From the NCBI RefSeq assembly GCF_009914755.1, contig NC_060929.1: DNA of 64,000 bases; one strand, written 5' to 3'. Position 1 is the stretch's first letter; every line of letters begins with the position of its first letter. The position numbers were made by a program, and so were the translations under genes. This DNA comes from the human T2T-CHM13v2.0 reference genome, Homo sapiens. Below the pieces are notes generated by a model. It saw only the letters and a program-made list of their open reading frames with translations. It was not told the DNA's origin and ran no database searches. Below, piece by piece: positions 31,351-47,625 of the stretch.

Positions 31351-31845
31351 GAAGAAGTGTTTATTATTATCAGCATTTTTATAATTAGATTCTGACATTA
31401 GACTTAAATATTTTTTTCTATTCCATTTTTTTCCATTCTTTACTAACATTAAGGTTCTGCATGGTTAATCCACAGTACCTGTTCTGTATATTTATTATGC
31501 TTCCTCTAAAAGATTTTTATCCATACAACTTTTTCCTCTGCATTTGGCATGATTTACTACAGCCTGAACTTTGTGCTACTGCCTTGATTTTTTGGCCAAA
31601 TTGATTATCTTTCTTACTGTTTTAGATTGGTTTGTTAGTTTCATAAGGATTGCTTTGCCTTCATTTTCTCTCTTTTAATCGCTTCTTGTTTATTATTTTA
31701 TTTTTGATTTTTGGTTTCACATATTCTTTCAATTTTGGTGAGAAAATATTTTGTTACAGGAAGTTTTAATTTATCTTGAAATATACTTTTTAAATATACT
31801 TTTAAAATACTTTTTAATACATTTTTAGTATCTTGAAATATACTT

Positions 31846-32137
31846 TTTTTTTTTTTTTGAGACGGAGTCTTACTCTGTCATCCAGGCTGGAGTGCAGTGG
31901 TGCAATCTCGTCTCACTGCAACCTCCACCCCATGAGTTCAAGCATTCTCCTGCCTCAGACTCTAGTAGCTGGGATTACAGGCGCCCGCCACCACACCCAG
32001 CTAATTTTTTGTATCTTTAGCAGAGGCATGGTTTCACCATGTTGGCCAGACTGGTCTAGAACTCCCGACCTCAAGTGATCCGCCCATCTCAGCCTCCCAA
32101 AGTGCTGGGATTACAGGCGTGAGCCACCCGCCCAGCC
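31846..32137 (-). mobile_element. AluSx-like element
   Basis: Full Alu with T tail; TSD aaatatacttttt on both sides. Confidence 0.9.
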
Positions 32138-34964
32138 AAAATATACTTTTTTAAAAATATAAGGGTCATTATCTGTCTTTGCATGTTGAGGTCTTCTCCT
32201 TGCCTTCCCCATGTGGTGGTTTTCTCGCATAGCTGTCATGCTGTTTCTTTGTTTAGATGCTTCATCTTGATGGAGACATTGCTTCTGGGTTTTCCCTTTA
32301 TGTTCACTTATAATTTAGGTAGATTTCTTCTGATTCTGCTTGCGCTAATTATGGGATCTGCTTATGCATCTCTGCATCTTTGCAGAGCCTCAGTTTGAGC
32401 TGGGTGTTGATAGTTTCTATTTTATTTTTCTATTGACATTTTATTATTGATGGCTTTTGGAAAGAGAGGATAGAGACTAGACATGGGATTTTGGAGTCTA
32501 CTCTCTCTCCTCTTCTCCAGCACTTATCACAATTGGACCAAGTTAAACATGTTTTCTGTTTCTTCCTCATTTGTGGGAGTGCAAGGTAATTGTGTGCGTA
32601 TACACTGTGTGTATGTGTTTATATGTATATGTGTGTACTACCACACTCTCAGATGGCTATTAGGTATGTAAACTATCATAGAACCTTTCTAGTGAACAAC
32701 CTGACTACATATATCACCACTTTAGAGTCATATAACTTTGAACCTAGCAAATCCATTTTAAGAAATATATCAGGAACAATGGTGTGTAAACCTGTCAGCA
32801 ATGTGATGTTTATTTTATACTTGTTTATAATGGAAAATCACTTAGAAACAATGCAAACATCAAACAATAGGTGCTCATTGAATATATGTTAAATGAATTA
32901 TGGCATGCACATTCAATTACATATCTTATAGCTATTAGAAATGGTGTATACTTATACTAAAAGATATGAAAAGTTAACTGGGAAATAACTGTATACAGAA
33001 GAGTAGAATATGATTTTTATATAAAATATGTCATTAAATGTGAATAAAAGGCAATGTTGATAATGATTATATCTGTGTGGGAGTGTGCAGGTGATTTTCA
33101 CTATACTTTGTGTAATTTTAAGAATGACCATGAATTTGTTTTGTAATCAGAATAATAGTTATAGAACTAAATAAAATCTGAGAAAGACACACAATCCCTG
33201 GCACCATCTCCAGAATAATTACAACTATTATTTGAATGTCCTTTGCTTGGTACTACATAAGGCCGTTGGTATAATTATCTCACTTATTCTTCTCAGCAGT
33301 TGTATAAGACAGAAATTAGTAGTTTTAGTTTTCAGTTGAGGAATTAAAGCTTGGAAAGGTTAAACATGTCTAATGTCACACAGCTTATAAATGACAATGC
33401 TTGAATATGAACCCAGTTCATATAGCTATAAAATCCACTAATCTTCCCAGTACCTTTTGCAATTGTGACATATATCTTGATGCTCTTATAGGTTATAAGT
33501 TTACTAGAAAGCTTGTTATTTGAACTTTCAAATACTAGACCTTATTTCATAGTGTGAACTTAAAAGAGGACTTAAAGGACAGCATAAAGACATAACCAAC
33601 ATAGAAAAGTATAAAAACAAAAGACGTTAGAATTCATATTTCAATGTAGAATTCATATTTTCATTGAACATTTTTGTTAATATGATATTTTATGAGATAG
33701 AGGAAGAGGTCTTAACAAATTAGTGTTCAAATCATGGGATAAGAGAGTATTAACGCTTTCAAGCCATCAACTGCACACTTTAATGCACCAATGAGCAAAT
33801 TTTCAAAAATATCCTCATCATCTGAGGATATCCTGAATTTTCATGTGGTTTTACCCAGTCTTTACAATAATCATGTAGTGTGTTTGATTTTCGTTTTCAG
33901 AAATACAGCCTTCTTCAATCATTTTCATCATAAATCCAACTTTCATACATGTTTTCTTCTACATAATTAACAATTGACCCAGAATAATGCCCAATCAAAT
34001 CAGTCTACTTTAATTTCAACAAGCGTAACTAAAGTTAAAAAATAAGGACAGCAGCAACAACATCAATGAGATAGTCTGAGAGCACAGACATAGTAGGTGA
34101 TGGAATGTTTAGGGGATTGGAACAAAAAATAGTGATTAACAAAATTTCAAACATCTCTTCCATAATTTAATTATTACTATTTACTAGACTTTATTACTAT
34201 ATAACACAAGTAATGAAGTCAAAAAGTGACAAAATACCAGCACAAAGGAGCAATTCAGTAGCTTATCCATTCTGTCCCCTACCCCAATGGCAACAACAAT
34301 GATGTATTAAAGATTCTGGAGTCAAAGCCACAAAATTAAGGGATAGCCTGATACTTAGAAGATATAATAATGGAAGCACTTCTGGCATCAAGTCCTCATA
34401 GAAAAGATTCACAAATATCCAATATCATTTGCTAAACACTGGAGTTGAACAAGTAGTAGATGATAGGGTGGAATGGTGACAATTATCATTTTCCTCCTTC
34501 AATTTGGAGGGCAATATGAATGACAACTTGCCAATTAAGATCACCAACACATGAGGATTCAGAAACTAAACTATGAGTCAAAAATAGGCTTTCTTTAGAG
34601 TTCATTTAAGTCAAGAGTTTTGGTAAACAACAATGTCAATTATTGGCTTTTATCTATCATAATAATGATGAGCCTGCCAATACAATACCTATTTGTGAAA
34701 TAAATAACAAGAAATCAACAAGGACTTGATGCAAGCATAACATTCTTAGACACAAGTTAGTAATGTAGACAAATTTCTGAATTCTCAGCCAACCAACAAA
34801 AGAAATGTTTAATTCACCTATTCAATCCAAAGAGTCTGAAAAAAGCAAACACAACAATAAAACTAAGAAATAATGACACTCTTGTCCTCTCAGTACAAAT
34901 GAAAAGGATTCTCAAAATACGATCCATTTAATTTCTTTCCCTAACACAACAACAATTCCTGAGT

Positions 34965-35450
<486 letters not shown>

Positions 35451-35855
35451 TTAAAAAATGTTTTGTTTTAAAAACATCAAATTCCAAGCAGTAGAAATAA
35501 ATTGATTGAAAATATCTTAGTGGCTTTACATTAGAAAAGATTACACACAATGGATAAAGACAACACAAAGAGTCACAGCACCCATGAATGCAGAATAAAG
35601 AACACCCTTAAATGGAGATCTCTGTGGTGCAGCTTTAGTTAGAAAACTGTTGGCTGCAGGTGCATTTGATATGTGCAAATACCACGGTGGTAAAAAGGCA
35701 AGAATAACTTGATTCTCAAATATGCGTGTTCTTAGTATTTGGCAGAAAAATAAACAAGGAAACAATATAAAGCTTAAAAGAGAAGTAAGGGGAGTTGAAA
35801 CTTGAAGCTACGGGCAAGAACAGTGGGTGAAATCAATCAAAAGCAAATTCCATTA

Positions 35856-35858
<3 letters not shown>

Positions 35859-35892
<34 letters not shown>
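35859..35892. repeat. (CA)17 microsatellite ((UG)17 in GABRB2 pre-mRNA)
   Basis: Uninterrupted dinucleotide run. Confidence 0.93.
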
Positions 35893-35897
<5 letters not shown>

Positions 35898-37499
35898 GAA
35901 GAATGCAAGGGAAAATAGGAAAGACTCTCCTAGCATTAGAATAAAGATCATGTTTAAACTACTCCAAAGGACACTTGGGAAAAAATATTCAGTAGACCTC
36001 ATGTTGGTTTAAAGTTTATTTTTAAAATCTTAGTACTTTACTACTTAACTTGGCACATGAAGACAACGGTGAAAGTGACACTTGCTTATAAACTTTCATG
36101 TGCAGGTAGCTGGGATTTTTCAGGTGAAATCAACTGAGTTGGAATACATAAACTAACATGGAATTAGCTTTTCAGTTTTTGTTTGTTTTTTACTTTTATT
36201 TTTTATTTTATTTTATTTTTTTTTGCCAGCACACTTTTATGTACACTGGAGAAGGATAGAAAAATCCATATCAGAACTTTTAAAAGCTTGCTATGTGACC
36301 TTGGCTATTTCACCTTCTTTAGGCACATAGGCTTTTACGTCAGTGAAATGACAGGACAGGAATTATTTTAAGAGCTGCAAATTCACTTATTAAAACAAAC
36401 ATTTAAGAGACGCTAATACCAAAAAGAGGCTGAAAAAAATGCGGTAGCATCTGCTGAATCAACACTGGGCTCCCACCTGGGCAGGCTTCCCGTTTTCAAC
36501 CCTCCCTGACCTCAGGACAGAGCACAGTTCAAAAATCACTTTAGATAATCTGACACACTCCTTCCATCTTTAGGAAATCACCAAAGGAAGGTGAAAAATT
36601 TAATCCCACTCCTGATTTTCCCAGAGCAGCCAACAATGCTTAGCTGATTATAAGTGCTTGATCTTGGAAAAAAAAAAATAACTATAGAATTACAGTTGAA
36701 AAGAAGGGACATTCTTGATAAGAAATGGGGTGGTATTATTCATGATGCTGACACAAAGGACAGCACCGCATAATCAGGAGCAATGTGGACCTCCTCTAAC
36801 CTTTCATGCTGGGTGAACAAAGAAATAGTGGGAGTCTGGAAAGCTTGATGGTCAGCATTTTGTTTTAATCTAATCAAAATGGGTTGTAGGTTTTCTGCTC
36901 TAAGAAATAATTAATAGAGTTTGATGCAGTTGATTTGCTATAGATTTTATAGCTAATACCCTTTGAAAAATGATTTTCTTGATTTGACTTTAAAACTTCT
37001 AACATAAAACATTCCTGTCTAAACAATACACTGCTTTAGGGATGCTACTGCATTCCACATGGTAGAGCATATAGAACACACACGCTAGCATCACCAATAA
37101 GTATGGGGACTGCAAATTTTATTTTAAAAAGTAATAATGCCTACCACTTATTATATTTTAATATTTTATTAATATTTATCACTTCCTGAGTGCTTACCAT
37201 GTATTGAGGACTATATTACCCTCTTTGCACATTATCACAATTATGTTCATGAGTAACTTTATAAGAGAGGAATTAACCCTGTTTCACAGATGAGAAAACT
37301 AAAGGGCCAGAGAGGCTAAATTTTTTGTCTACTGTCACCCAGTTGTTAAATGGGAAGGTAAATATTGAACTTGAAAGACTCTAAAATATTTGTTCAGAAC
37401 CATTGTTCTAAACCATGACTCATGATGTCTTGATTCTTACACATGCTGCTCAAAGAAAATGGAGAAACAACTTTGCTAAAGAATATTTAGACGACAAGG

Positions 37500-37716
37500 A
37501 TATTATTTTTTCAGTACCTCAGTTTCTCATGTTTGAAAACAAGAAGTTACAGGGAAGCTATCCTGCACACTGCCAAATGTGTAGCAGCAACCTGGGCCTC
37601 TACACACTAGATACCAGTAGTAAACCTCATCCTATAGTTTTTACAATGAAAGATGTCTCCAGACAATGCCTAATGTCCTCTGGGAGAAGAAAATGACCCT
37701 GTTTTGAGAACCACTG
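37500..37716. mobile_element. MER20-like hAT element
   Basis: cctgcacactgccaaatgtgtagcagcaacctgggcctctacacactagataccagtag...tgtctccagacaatgcctaatgtcctctggg...ttgagaaccactg. Confidence 0.75.
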
Positions 37717-38794
37717 AAAAATACTAAATAATCTCTGGTATCTTTTTTGTTCTCTCATATTCCATCACTTGAATGGTAGGGTCTACCTTCAACCAAGAGG
37801 ATAGGCTTTTCACCACTATGGGGTAACTGCCTAGTGAACTTTTCTCTATTTCCGTTTTAGAACTATCTGAAGCTCTGCAGGTTCAGTTTGTATAAAACCT
37901 CCTCCCTCTAGGTCTTAACTTTATCATTTAAATGCAAATTGGTATAAAAAATAGGGTAGATGAAAGTGAAGAGATCAGATGTTATCTTATTAAGTCAGCC
38001 TTTCATTATGCAATTGATTTAGACTCATTTTGAAGTCCTATGAGATAGCATTATTTGTTTGTTTATTTATTTATTTATTCTCTTCTCTTCTCTAAGACTA
38101 CTATGTCATGAAAATCAGAAAATAGGTTTAGAAAATACTCTTTCATTTGACAGCCTGAGAGAACCATAATGGTAAATTGTGATTCCAATAAGTAAAACCT
38201 TGGGTGTGGGAAAGAATTTGACAATTTCCTAGACCCTTACGGTTTTTTGGTTTCCAAGGGCCATACTTAAAATTTGCATTGTTGCAAATATCATCTTCTA
38301 AGCAAGAAGTGCCTTGGATTAGAGAAGAGTCTAAAACCAAATATTAGACCTATGGATATGTGAAAAACATTACTGAGTTAGAAGCTTCCATATGGTTTGC
38401 TCCAAATACAACTCAATGGCAGAGATTATTTATACTTTGCTATCCTTGAAATTAATTTGAAGTTAGAAATATCAAAACATCAAGGAAATAATCAGCTTTT
38501 GTTATAATTAATAATTCCAAATGGTTTAAGAGGATTGATTAATGTTTTCCTAGTCCCATCATGATGAACTATTTATTGGTCCAATATTAGACACTACTTC
38601 ATAAACAGTATTTAGGGCAGATATGAAAATAAGACTTTTCTTTGGCTATTGCTAAAGGTCTAAATGTGGCCTCTGGGAAGATACATATACAAGTATTCTG
38701 TTAGTGCAGCAAGTGCTATAACAGGAAGCCAGGTGAAGTTTAATATTGAGAGTAAAGAGAGCTGGCTCTACTGGGACTACCATCAAAAACCTTA

Positions 38795-38976
38795 AAGTGG
38801 TGATTCTCAAATTTGGATGCAGATTAGAATAACTTGGGGAACTTTTTAAAATTGTGTTGCCCATGCTTTCTCCAAGAAAATCAAATCAGATTTTCTGGGG
38901 AGGGGACCAAGGCTTCAGTATTTTTTTTTAATCTGTTCAGGTCATTCCATTGGCACCCATGATTGAAAACTACTGA
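38795..38976. mobile_element. MER5-like hAT MITE
   Basis: agtggtgattctcaaatttggatgcagattagaataacttggggaac...ttgaaaactactg. Confidence 0.65.
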
Positions 38977-39647
38977 CTTAACAAATAAACAGGGTTTATA
39001 GTTTTGTGGGAATCTTTGACCATGTCTGACTTAAGCAAGATGGTGGCCTCATATAGTCAAATGCTGCAATGATAAGTGGTATATGTGCAAGGCATTGTCA
39101 TTTAAAGGAGAAAATTATTTGTCTTTTCCCCCTTACTCTTCTTATGTTCTTCTGATCGCTTCAAAGAAAAAGTCTCAGTTTGTTGCTTGGTGGGTCTGTA
39201 ACACATCTGTATACTTGCTTATCTTTCCTTTAAGTCAAAGAGAATGCAGATTTCAGGGCCAGAGACTTCATCTAGTATAAATTAGAACTTAATGATATAG
39301 TTTTTTAAATTTGTTACTTATATATTTGTAAAGCTATTGTCCAGCAAGTAATACTGACTGAAGCAACATTAAATTTCCTTTTTAAATAAATTAGGTGAAT
39401 AAATTTAAAGAATGCATAAATAATTATAGGTACTATACTCAATATGTGAGAAAGCATCATAAAGGTCTTCTCATGTTTGGTCACTCCTCTTGTTAATGGA
39501 AAGGGCATCCAAATCTTGTGTCATGAGTTTGGTCCCTAATTGTGCTTCCATCATTAATTGTTTGTGTGCTTTGGGGAAAATTACCCATTCTCTTCCCTGG
39601 GCTTGGTTTCCTCATTTGCTCAACAAGGTCATCAACCTGTATTGCTA

Positions 39648-39962
<315 letters not shown>

Positions 39963-40699
39963 TTAGAGTAATAATGTTCCTATCTCTTTTCTTCTTTCTT
40001 AATAGCTGGAAAGGTGATCTATATTCATTTTCTCATTCATATATGCCACAATCTATTTATTGGGCCTTTACTATTGCATGCCAGCCCTAGGATAGGGAAT
40101 GGATATAGGTATAAATTAGCTTACAGTGATCACTGAACGTTTGATCCCTTCTTTTAATTAAATTTTTGTATTTATAGTTATATATCTAGTGCGGGGTTAA
40201 AACGTGAATTAAATGCTATGATGGGCACATGTGTAAGGTAAGAGTTCAGAATATGGAGAGGACTCTAGGTCAACTTTCTGATGTGCCAGGGATGAGGTTA
40301 GGAAATAGAGACTTTTGAGCTGATTTCTGAAAAATGAGTGAAAGTCACCCAGGCAACCCAGAACTGGGGGTCAAAAGTCATTTTTGACTTATGGGGACTG
40401 CTGGTGGAGAGAGCTTTTATATCAAGGTTGGATTTGGGGGAGAGTACACAGTCCATTACCATGATCTCGGAAAAATCATTGTGGGTACATTGCAAGACAG
40501 GATGGGAAGAATCGTGAGAAGACTGGAGGTTAAGGGCCATGCAGAGAGCCTAATGGGGGAGTTTGAACTTAAAATTAAAGGCAATGTGGAGCAGGGGCCA
40601 GCTTCAAGCAAGGGGGCAATTTGCATTTAGAACAATCACTGTGGTGACAGTGTGGATGATGGGGAGAAGCAGGCATGGCAGGAGTAAAGAATGCCAGTT

Positions 40700-41022
<323 letters not shown>

Positions 41023-43487
41023 TCAGAGTAATCCAACTGAATGATGGAAGTGAAGTCAATTAAAATAACAGCAAGGGTACTGAAATTAAAGAATACATTA
41101 TACAGGCAATATCAATAAATGATTATAAACATCTGGGAATTTGGAGTGGAGGGTAACAGAGAAGCAGGAATCATAGCCCTCATGTATATGGATCGGACAA
41201 TTAGGCATATAATGCCTAGATAAATAACACAGATGCATTCTAGGACTGCTTATGGAAAATGTGACACTGGGTCAGGCTGTAATTGTTTGTCCTGTTGAGT
41301 TGGTATCTCTTGACAGTGGGAAGTAGTTTCCCTCTAAGCTGTAATCGGAAGGTAAATGCACTGAAAGTCCAAGGTCCTGAATATGATAAAGTCCAGCTTT
41401 GTAGCAAAATAGTGATGTGAAAATAGACAAAGCTCAGAGGTCAAGATCACACAGATGGAAAGTTATAGAGTTGCCATTGGAATGAGAATCTTTCTGACTC
41501 AGGAATCCAGGCCCTTAAACACTATCCAATAACGCATCCTGAAGGTTAAATTTCATTCCTATGATTTTGGGGGGACACAGTTTTCTGATTTAATTTTATC
41601 TCAGTAGTAATAATGTCATAGTTTCTATTTTGTTTTTATACTCCACCAAGAAACAGCTACAGAATAAAAAAATAAATCTGAGCATTTGATTCTGAGCACG
41701 CCCATAAAACCTTGGTCTTGCTTTAGATACAGGTATCTTACATTTCTCGTGTCCTCTTTATAGCTGTCATTTTGAGACATTTTCCAGTTTCAATTTTCTC
41801 TTCATCATTTCAACTACGGATGATCCTGTATCATACGTATATAATAAAACTGACATTGCTGATTTTACTACTTATCTAAATCTCATTTTAAAGTATTTCT
41901 GAAACTAGTAATAAATTGCTCACATAAAGACATTTTAAAAATGTCTTCTAAAAAGTTAATGAATTATTTATTGTTCCTGTAATCGATACAAAAAAGACAT
42001 GTTTCAACTTTGGAAAAATGGGATATTTGCAAATTTTATTCCTTCTTTCATTCAGCAAATGTTTACTGAGCACCATTCCCCATGCAAGACACTGCAGATA
42101 TAAAACTAGATATGGACCTTTCCTCCATGGATCTTTCATTGCTGAAGGGGAAAAGGACATCACACCACTAAGAAAACAAAAGTTATAACTGTGGTTAGTC
42201 TACACACAGGGGAGGTCTATGGTACTGCAAGTGTATATATCACAGGTGCTTGACTCAGCCTGAGAGGTCATTTCTTCTCCTTCCTCCCATCCTTGAGCCA
42301 CATAATTTAATTTTAACCCAGTAGCCGAAGTGATCCCTTTAAAACAGAAATCAAATCATGCCACTTTTATGCTCAGTCAATGGCTATTTCATTCAAAATA
42401 AAAGCAAAGCCTTTGTCGTGGCCTACCATCCCTTTGTAATAGCCCTTTTGTGATCCTTTAGGCCTCTTTCCCTAACATTATCTTTGCTACTTCCCCTGAA
42501 CTCACTTGGCCTCATTAGCCTCCTGCTGACACTGTTGGTTTGTTCCTACCCAGGGCCTTTGCAGTCATCTGGAATATTATCACCCAGGTATCCACATTGC
42601 TCTCAATCTTCAAGTCTTAGTTCCAATGACAACTTCTGAGTGAAGTCGGCCCTAATTATTCTAAACTGAACTTCTAGCAAACCCATGCCCCCTTGCTTTA
42701 TATCCCTCTATAGATTTACCACATTGTATAATTTATGTGGTTATTAAATTTATTGTATATCTTTTACTGCTAGATATAACTTTCAGAAGACTGCTCTATC
42801 TCCAGTGCTTAGTACAATTAGCATATATTAGGTATTTAACAATTACTTGTTGAATAATAAATGAGTGGCTCTTCTAAGAAAGTAATGATTGAATTGAGAT
42901 CTAATGGTAAAAGTGAACAATTCAACATTTTAAAGGGAATAGTCAGAATCCATAATAATCAAGATCGTGTAAAAGGCCATAAATTTACTTTATCTGAAGT
43001 TAATAACAAAAATGTTCATGAAATGTAATTTATTCTCCTTTTGTGTTTGTTAGAAAAAAACAGCATAAGATGAGAGATGCCACAGATTACTTCTCAATAT
43101 TCTTACTTTGTTGTCTCCTGCCTTAGTCATGCTACTCTGAAATGTTAACAAGACTTTAGAATTCTTTCTGCTTATCCATTTGCTACACACAACATCTTCT
43201 TGTCTTTCATGGAGAAAAAAACGTAGAAGGGAGGTCTTCTTAGGTAAAGAAGCACAGATACAAATTGAACAATTATGCAAGCAATACTATATGAAATATG
43301 TTTCAATAAAAATATCAAACTGATGGGACTAATCTCATTATCAACAGATATACGGTTAACTAATACTGACATGAAAGAGCTTTACTTCGTGTTTAATTGA
43401 TTTAATGCTGAATCAGATCACCCAAAGTCTCATAGCGAAACTCTTACAGTGTGAGAGGTTCAGTTGCGTCATGCACCACAAATTTCA

Positions 43488-43742
<255 letters not shown>

Positions 43743-45247
43743 TCATCATTATCAATCAATATTTATAGGATACTTTTCTTTAAAGGTGCATAAACAGTAC
43801 CTCTTCTCTCAGTTCAGTTTTAGCTCTTAGTGAAGGACACTTTCTTCTGCAAAAGTAGTCTGAGAGCCCTGAGTTTCTAATTACCAGGAGTTACTCAGTG
43901 TGGAATGCATCCTGTACTCACCAGTAATTAAAAGAATTCCAGCTCTTCCCTACTCAGCCTCATAGAGTGAATCAAACATACCCCTCCTCTGTAATTGTTA
44001 GGACAATTTGGGACAGTTCTTTTTTTCATTCTTTCAATTGTTCCTTAGTAAGTTCATCCTGTAAGTTTAATCTTATGTGAGAGTGAGGCTGCATGTTCTG
44101 GTCATAGTAAAAGAAAACTCTTCTCAAGACACAGATTGCAGTTTAAGTCTGTGATCAGTGGTGATGTTTCAGGGAATGCAGGTTTTTGTAGGTTTTCACG
44201 TATATGCTTCTTTTTTTTAATAGTTTCATTGCTTCCATTGGAGTTCTAAAAGTATACCTTATCAACCAAAAGGTGGAGACCCATTGCATTTGAGCAATAT
44301 TTGTGGGAGATACAACTAAAGAATCAGCTTCCTAAATCTGGGTTCTTTGATTGGATGACCTGGGCAATTACCCTTTAATAAAACAAGACAAATAACAGAG
44401 CACAGTCTTAGACTATAGGAAGTTCACATGATAAGTAGCTTGGAGAGGATATTCTCATTGTTTGGAAGAAAGCCTTGTTTAGTTTTTGGAGGGCTAGGCT
44501 AAGTGTCTGAATACGATAGTAAGAATATTCTAAGTAGGAACTCATTTCCATAGATTTTTAGGAATTCAGCGGACCTCAAACTTAGGAAAAGTTTCTGTTT
44601 GTCGTTGTTGTTTTAAAGTTAAAGGCATTGTATTTTTATCAAGTCACAGAGCTTTTGCCTGAAGTGGTTTGTAGGCACAAAAAGTATGTGACTTCTTAGC
44701 AGAAGGGCCATTACAGTATTAGTTATTTCTGTGCCTGTGGGGTTTATTTCAATAAGAAAAATATAAAGAAGGATATCCCTGTGGGTTTAATATTTTTTGC
44801 CTAAATGAGTGTCTAGCAAATGATTGCTTTCCTCAGCTTTATTGCTACAAAAATGCAAAAATTTTGCTGATGAAATAAAGTATGACCATATAAAATCTCC
44901 ATGCCGTAAGGGTGAAGATGGCAAAGGCCTCGGGATAATCTTAACACCTGAAACAGCTTTTAGCTCACACAGGAGGTGAAACTGTGTAAAGAAATTCTTA
45001 TCCTTTGAAGAAAATGTGAATTCCTCCCATTGTCTTTGGAGAATTTCACGTGATCAGACTTGAATGAACTGCAACTCGGGTCTCCCAATCATAATCATAA
45101 TCAAGGGATTATGGTCAATTCTGTGGGATGTATAATGTTATAATGTTGGGGAACAGCTCTGAGCCAGGTCTTTATTTCTCTTCCTGTATTCTTTCTAAAA
45201 ATTAGTCGCTTCTCTGGCAAATGGGATACACAGAGATGATCCTCTCA

Positions 45248-45706
<459 letters not shown>

Positions 45707-47321
45707 CTAAAGGCTGTTATGTGTTTGGTATCATACTAAACATTTCAAGTCTATTACTGTATTTAATCCTCATGACGATCTCATTAGGGTAGTATAATTA
45801 GGCCCATATTAGACTTACAAAAGCTTAGAGAAATTAACAGCATAGATTCTCTTGCAACTAGGAATAGTATAGTTGGGACTTAATAATAAAATAGGAATAG
45901 GTGTAGTTGGGACTTAAACCCAGGTTTACCTGATTAGGAATCCCATTCTATCAAACATTATCACATTATCATATAACATTATCACATAACACTAGTTTTT
46001 ACTTTATAAGAAGATAAAATAAGAGAACAATAATTTAAACTATTAGTATAATGCTGATTATCAAATTCTCCCCCAATATAAAATATATGAATTACAATAC
46101 ATTTGAATTTCAAGTCAGAAGAGAAGTGATTACGAAGAAGAATCATCTGTTCAATATTCATGTAGTTGATTTTCAAATTTGACTTTGTAGCATATTTAGT
46201 TTCAAAGAAAATCTTCCACAGAAAAACTCAAAACAACATTAACTCCAATCACTTTGAGGAGTAGATATAAATGCATAGTGTACACTGGACATGCACAGTG
46301 CATTTTGGAGGCATGCTTCCATTCATTCCACAACTATTTATTAAACACCTACTATGCATATCAGGGCACAGTTGCTGGGGATGAGAGTCTATATAACAAA
46401 GACATATTCTCTGTTATTAATGATACTCTCAATACACAGGGTGGAGTACAATCTTAAGAAGTGAGCACACATATAATCCTAGCTAGTAAGCAAACATATA
46501 ACAGCAATGAATAAGCACATATTAGATTGTAAACAGTGCTGTACAGGGAAGTATGCCATAAAATCCAGTGAATATTAATAATATCTTACAAATTCACCCA
46601 CCCTCCAAAAAAAAACCCAAATAAAAAGCATATGTCACATTCCATGTGAAGAGATATCACATTTATCTTTTCAAAGAACTTTTGCATCTGGATAGTTGAT
46701 GTTCACAAGTCTGGGAGACAGGCAAGGTGGACATTGCTCTGCCATTTCCAAAAACAACCCAATAAATTTAAAAGACTGCTTAAATTCTTTGCCTTTTGAC
46801 ATGTGACTAGTCAGTGTGACAGAGATGACAAGAATACCAATCCTTGAATCTTAGCCCCAGATGATTTTCAACAAACCACTTCTCTTTCCTCCAAAGAGAG
46901 GGAGTTCAATCTTTAAAATAAGGTAGAAACAAATTTTTTTTTCAAAGAAGTAGGATACCTTCAATTGGAGAATCTACATCAAACAGCACAGCTCAGGCTG
47001 TATGGTTTAGCTTTCCTAGAAATCTACAGTTCCCTTTATTCATAAGAGTAGCCATCTTTATCTGATGCAGAACTACAGTTTTTTGGAAGAGTTATAGAGC
47101 ATTTGAACTTCTAATACCACAACAGAAGCCCTCCGGATATAGTTAATGATTTTTAAAAGGCTTCTTTACTTGCAAACACCACAAACTATATTGAAATCAA
47201 AATTGCAGAGTTTTAACTGATTATACGTCAGCAATATTTTATTAGTATGATCTAACGTAGAGCCATCTGCTTTGTTATAAATTCTTTTTTTACATAACTT
47301 TCATTTAAAAGTAAATTTCAG

Positions 47322-47625
47322 GGCCAGGCACAGTGGCTCATGCCTGTAATCCCAGCACTTTGGGAGGCCAATGCTGGAGGATCACTTGAGGCCAGGAGTT
47401 CAAACCATCCTGGGCAACATAGTAAGACCTTGTCTCTATGAAAAAATAATAAAAAATTAGCCAGGCATGGTGGTACATGCTTATAGTCCTATCTACTTGG
47501 GAGACTGAGGTGGGAGGATTAAGTTCAGGAATTTGAGGTTGCGGTGAGCTATGATGGCACCACTGCACTCCAGCCTGGGTGACAGAGCTAGACTCTGCCT
47601 CTAAAAAATATATAAATAAATACAT
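47322..47625 (+). mobile_element. AluJ-like element
   Basis: Diverged Alu with perfect 15-bp TSD aaaagtaaatttcag (47307-47321 and 47626-47640). Confidence 0.92.

Noticed and set aside
36744-36767. Possible non-canonical REST/RE1 site (gatgctgac...ggacagcacc)
   Set aside because: Only the right half-site matches well and the arrangement is non-canonical; chance occurrence is likely without ChIP evidence.
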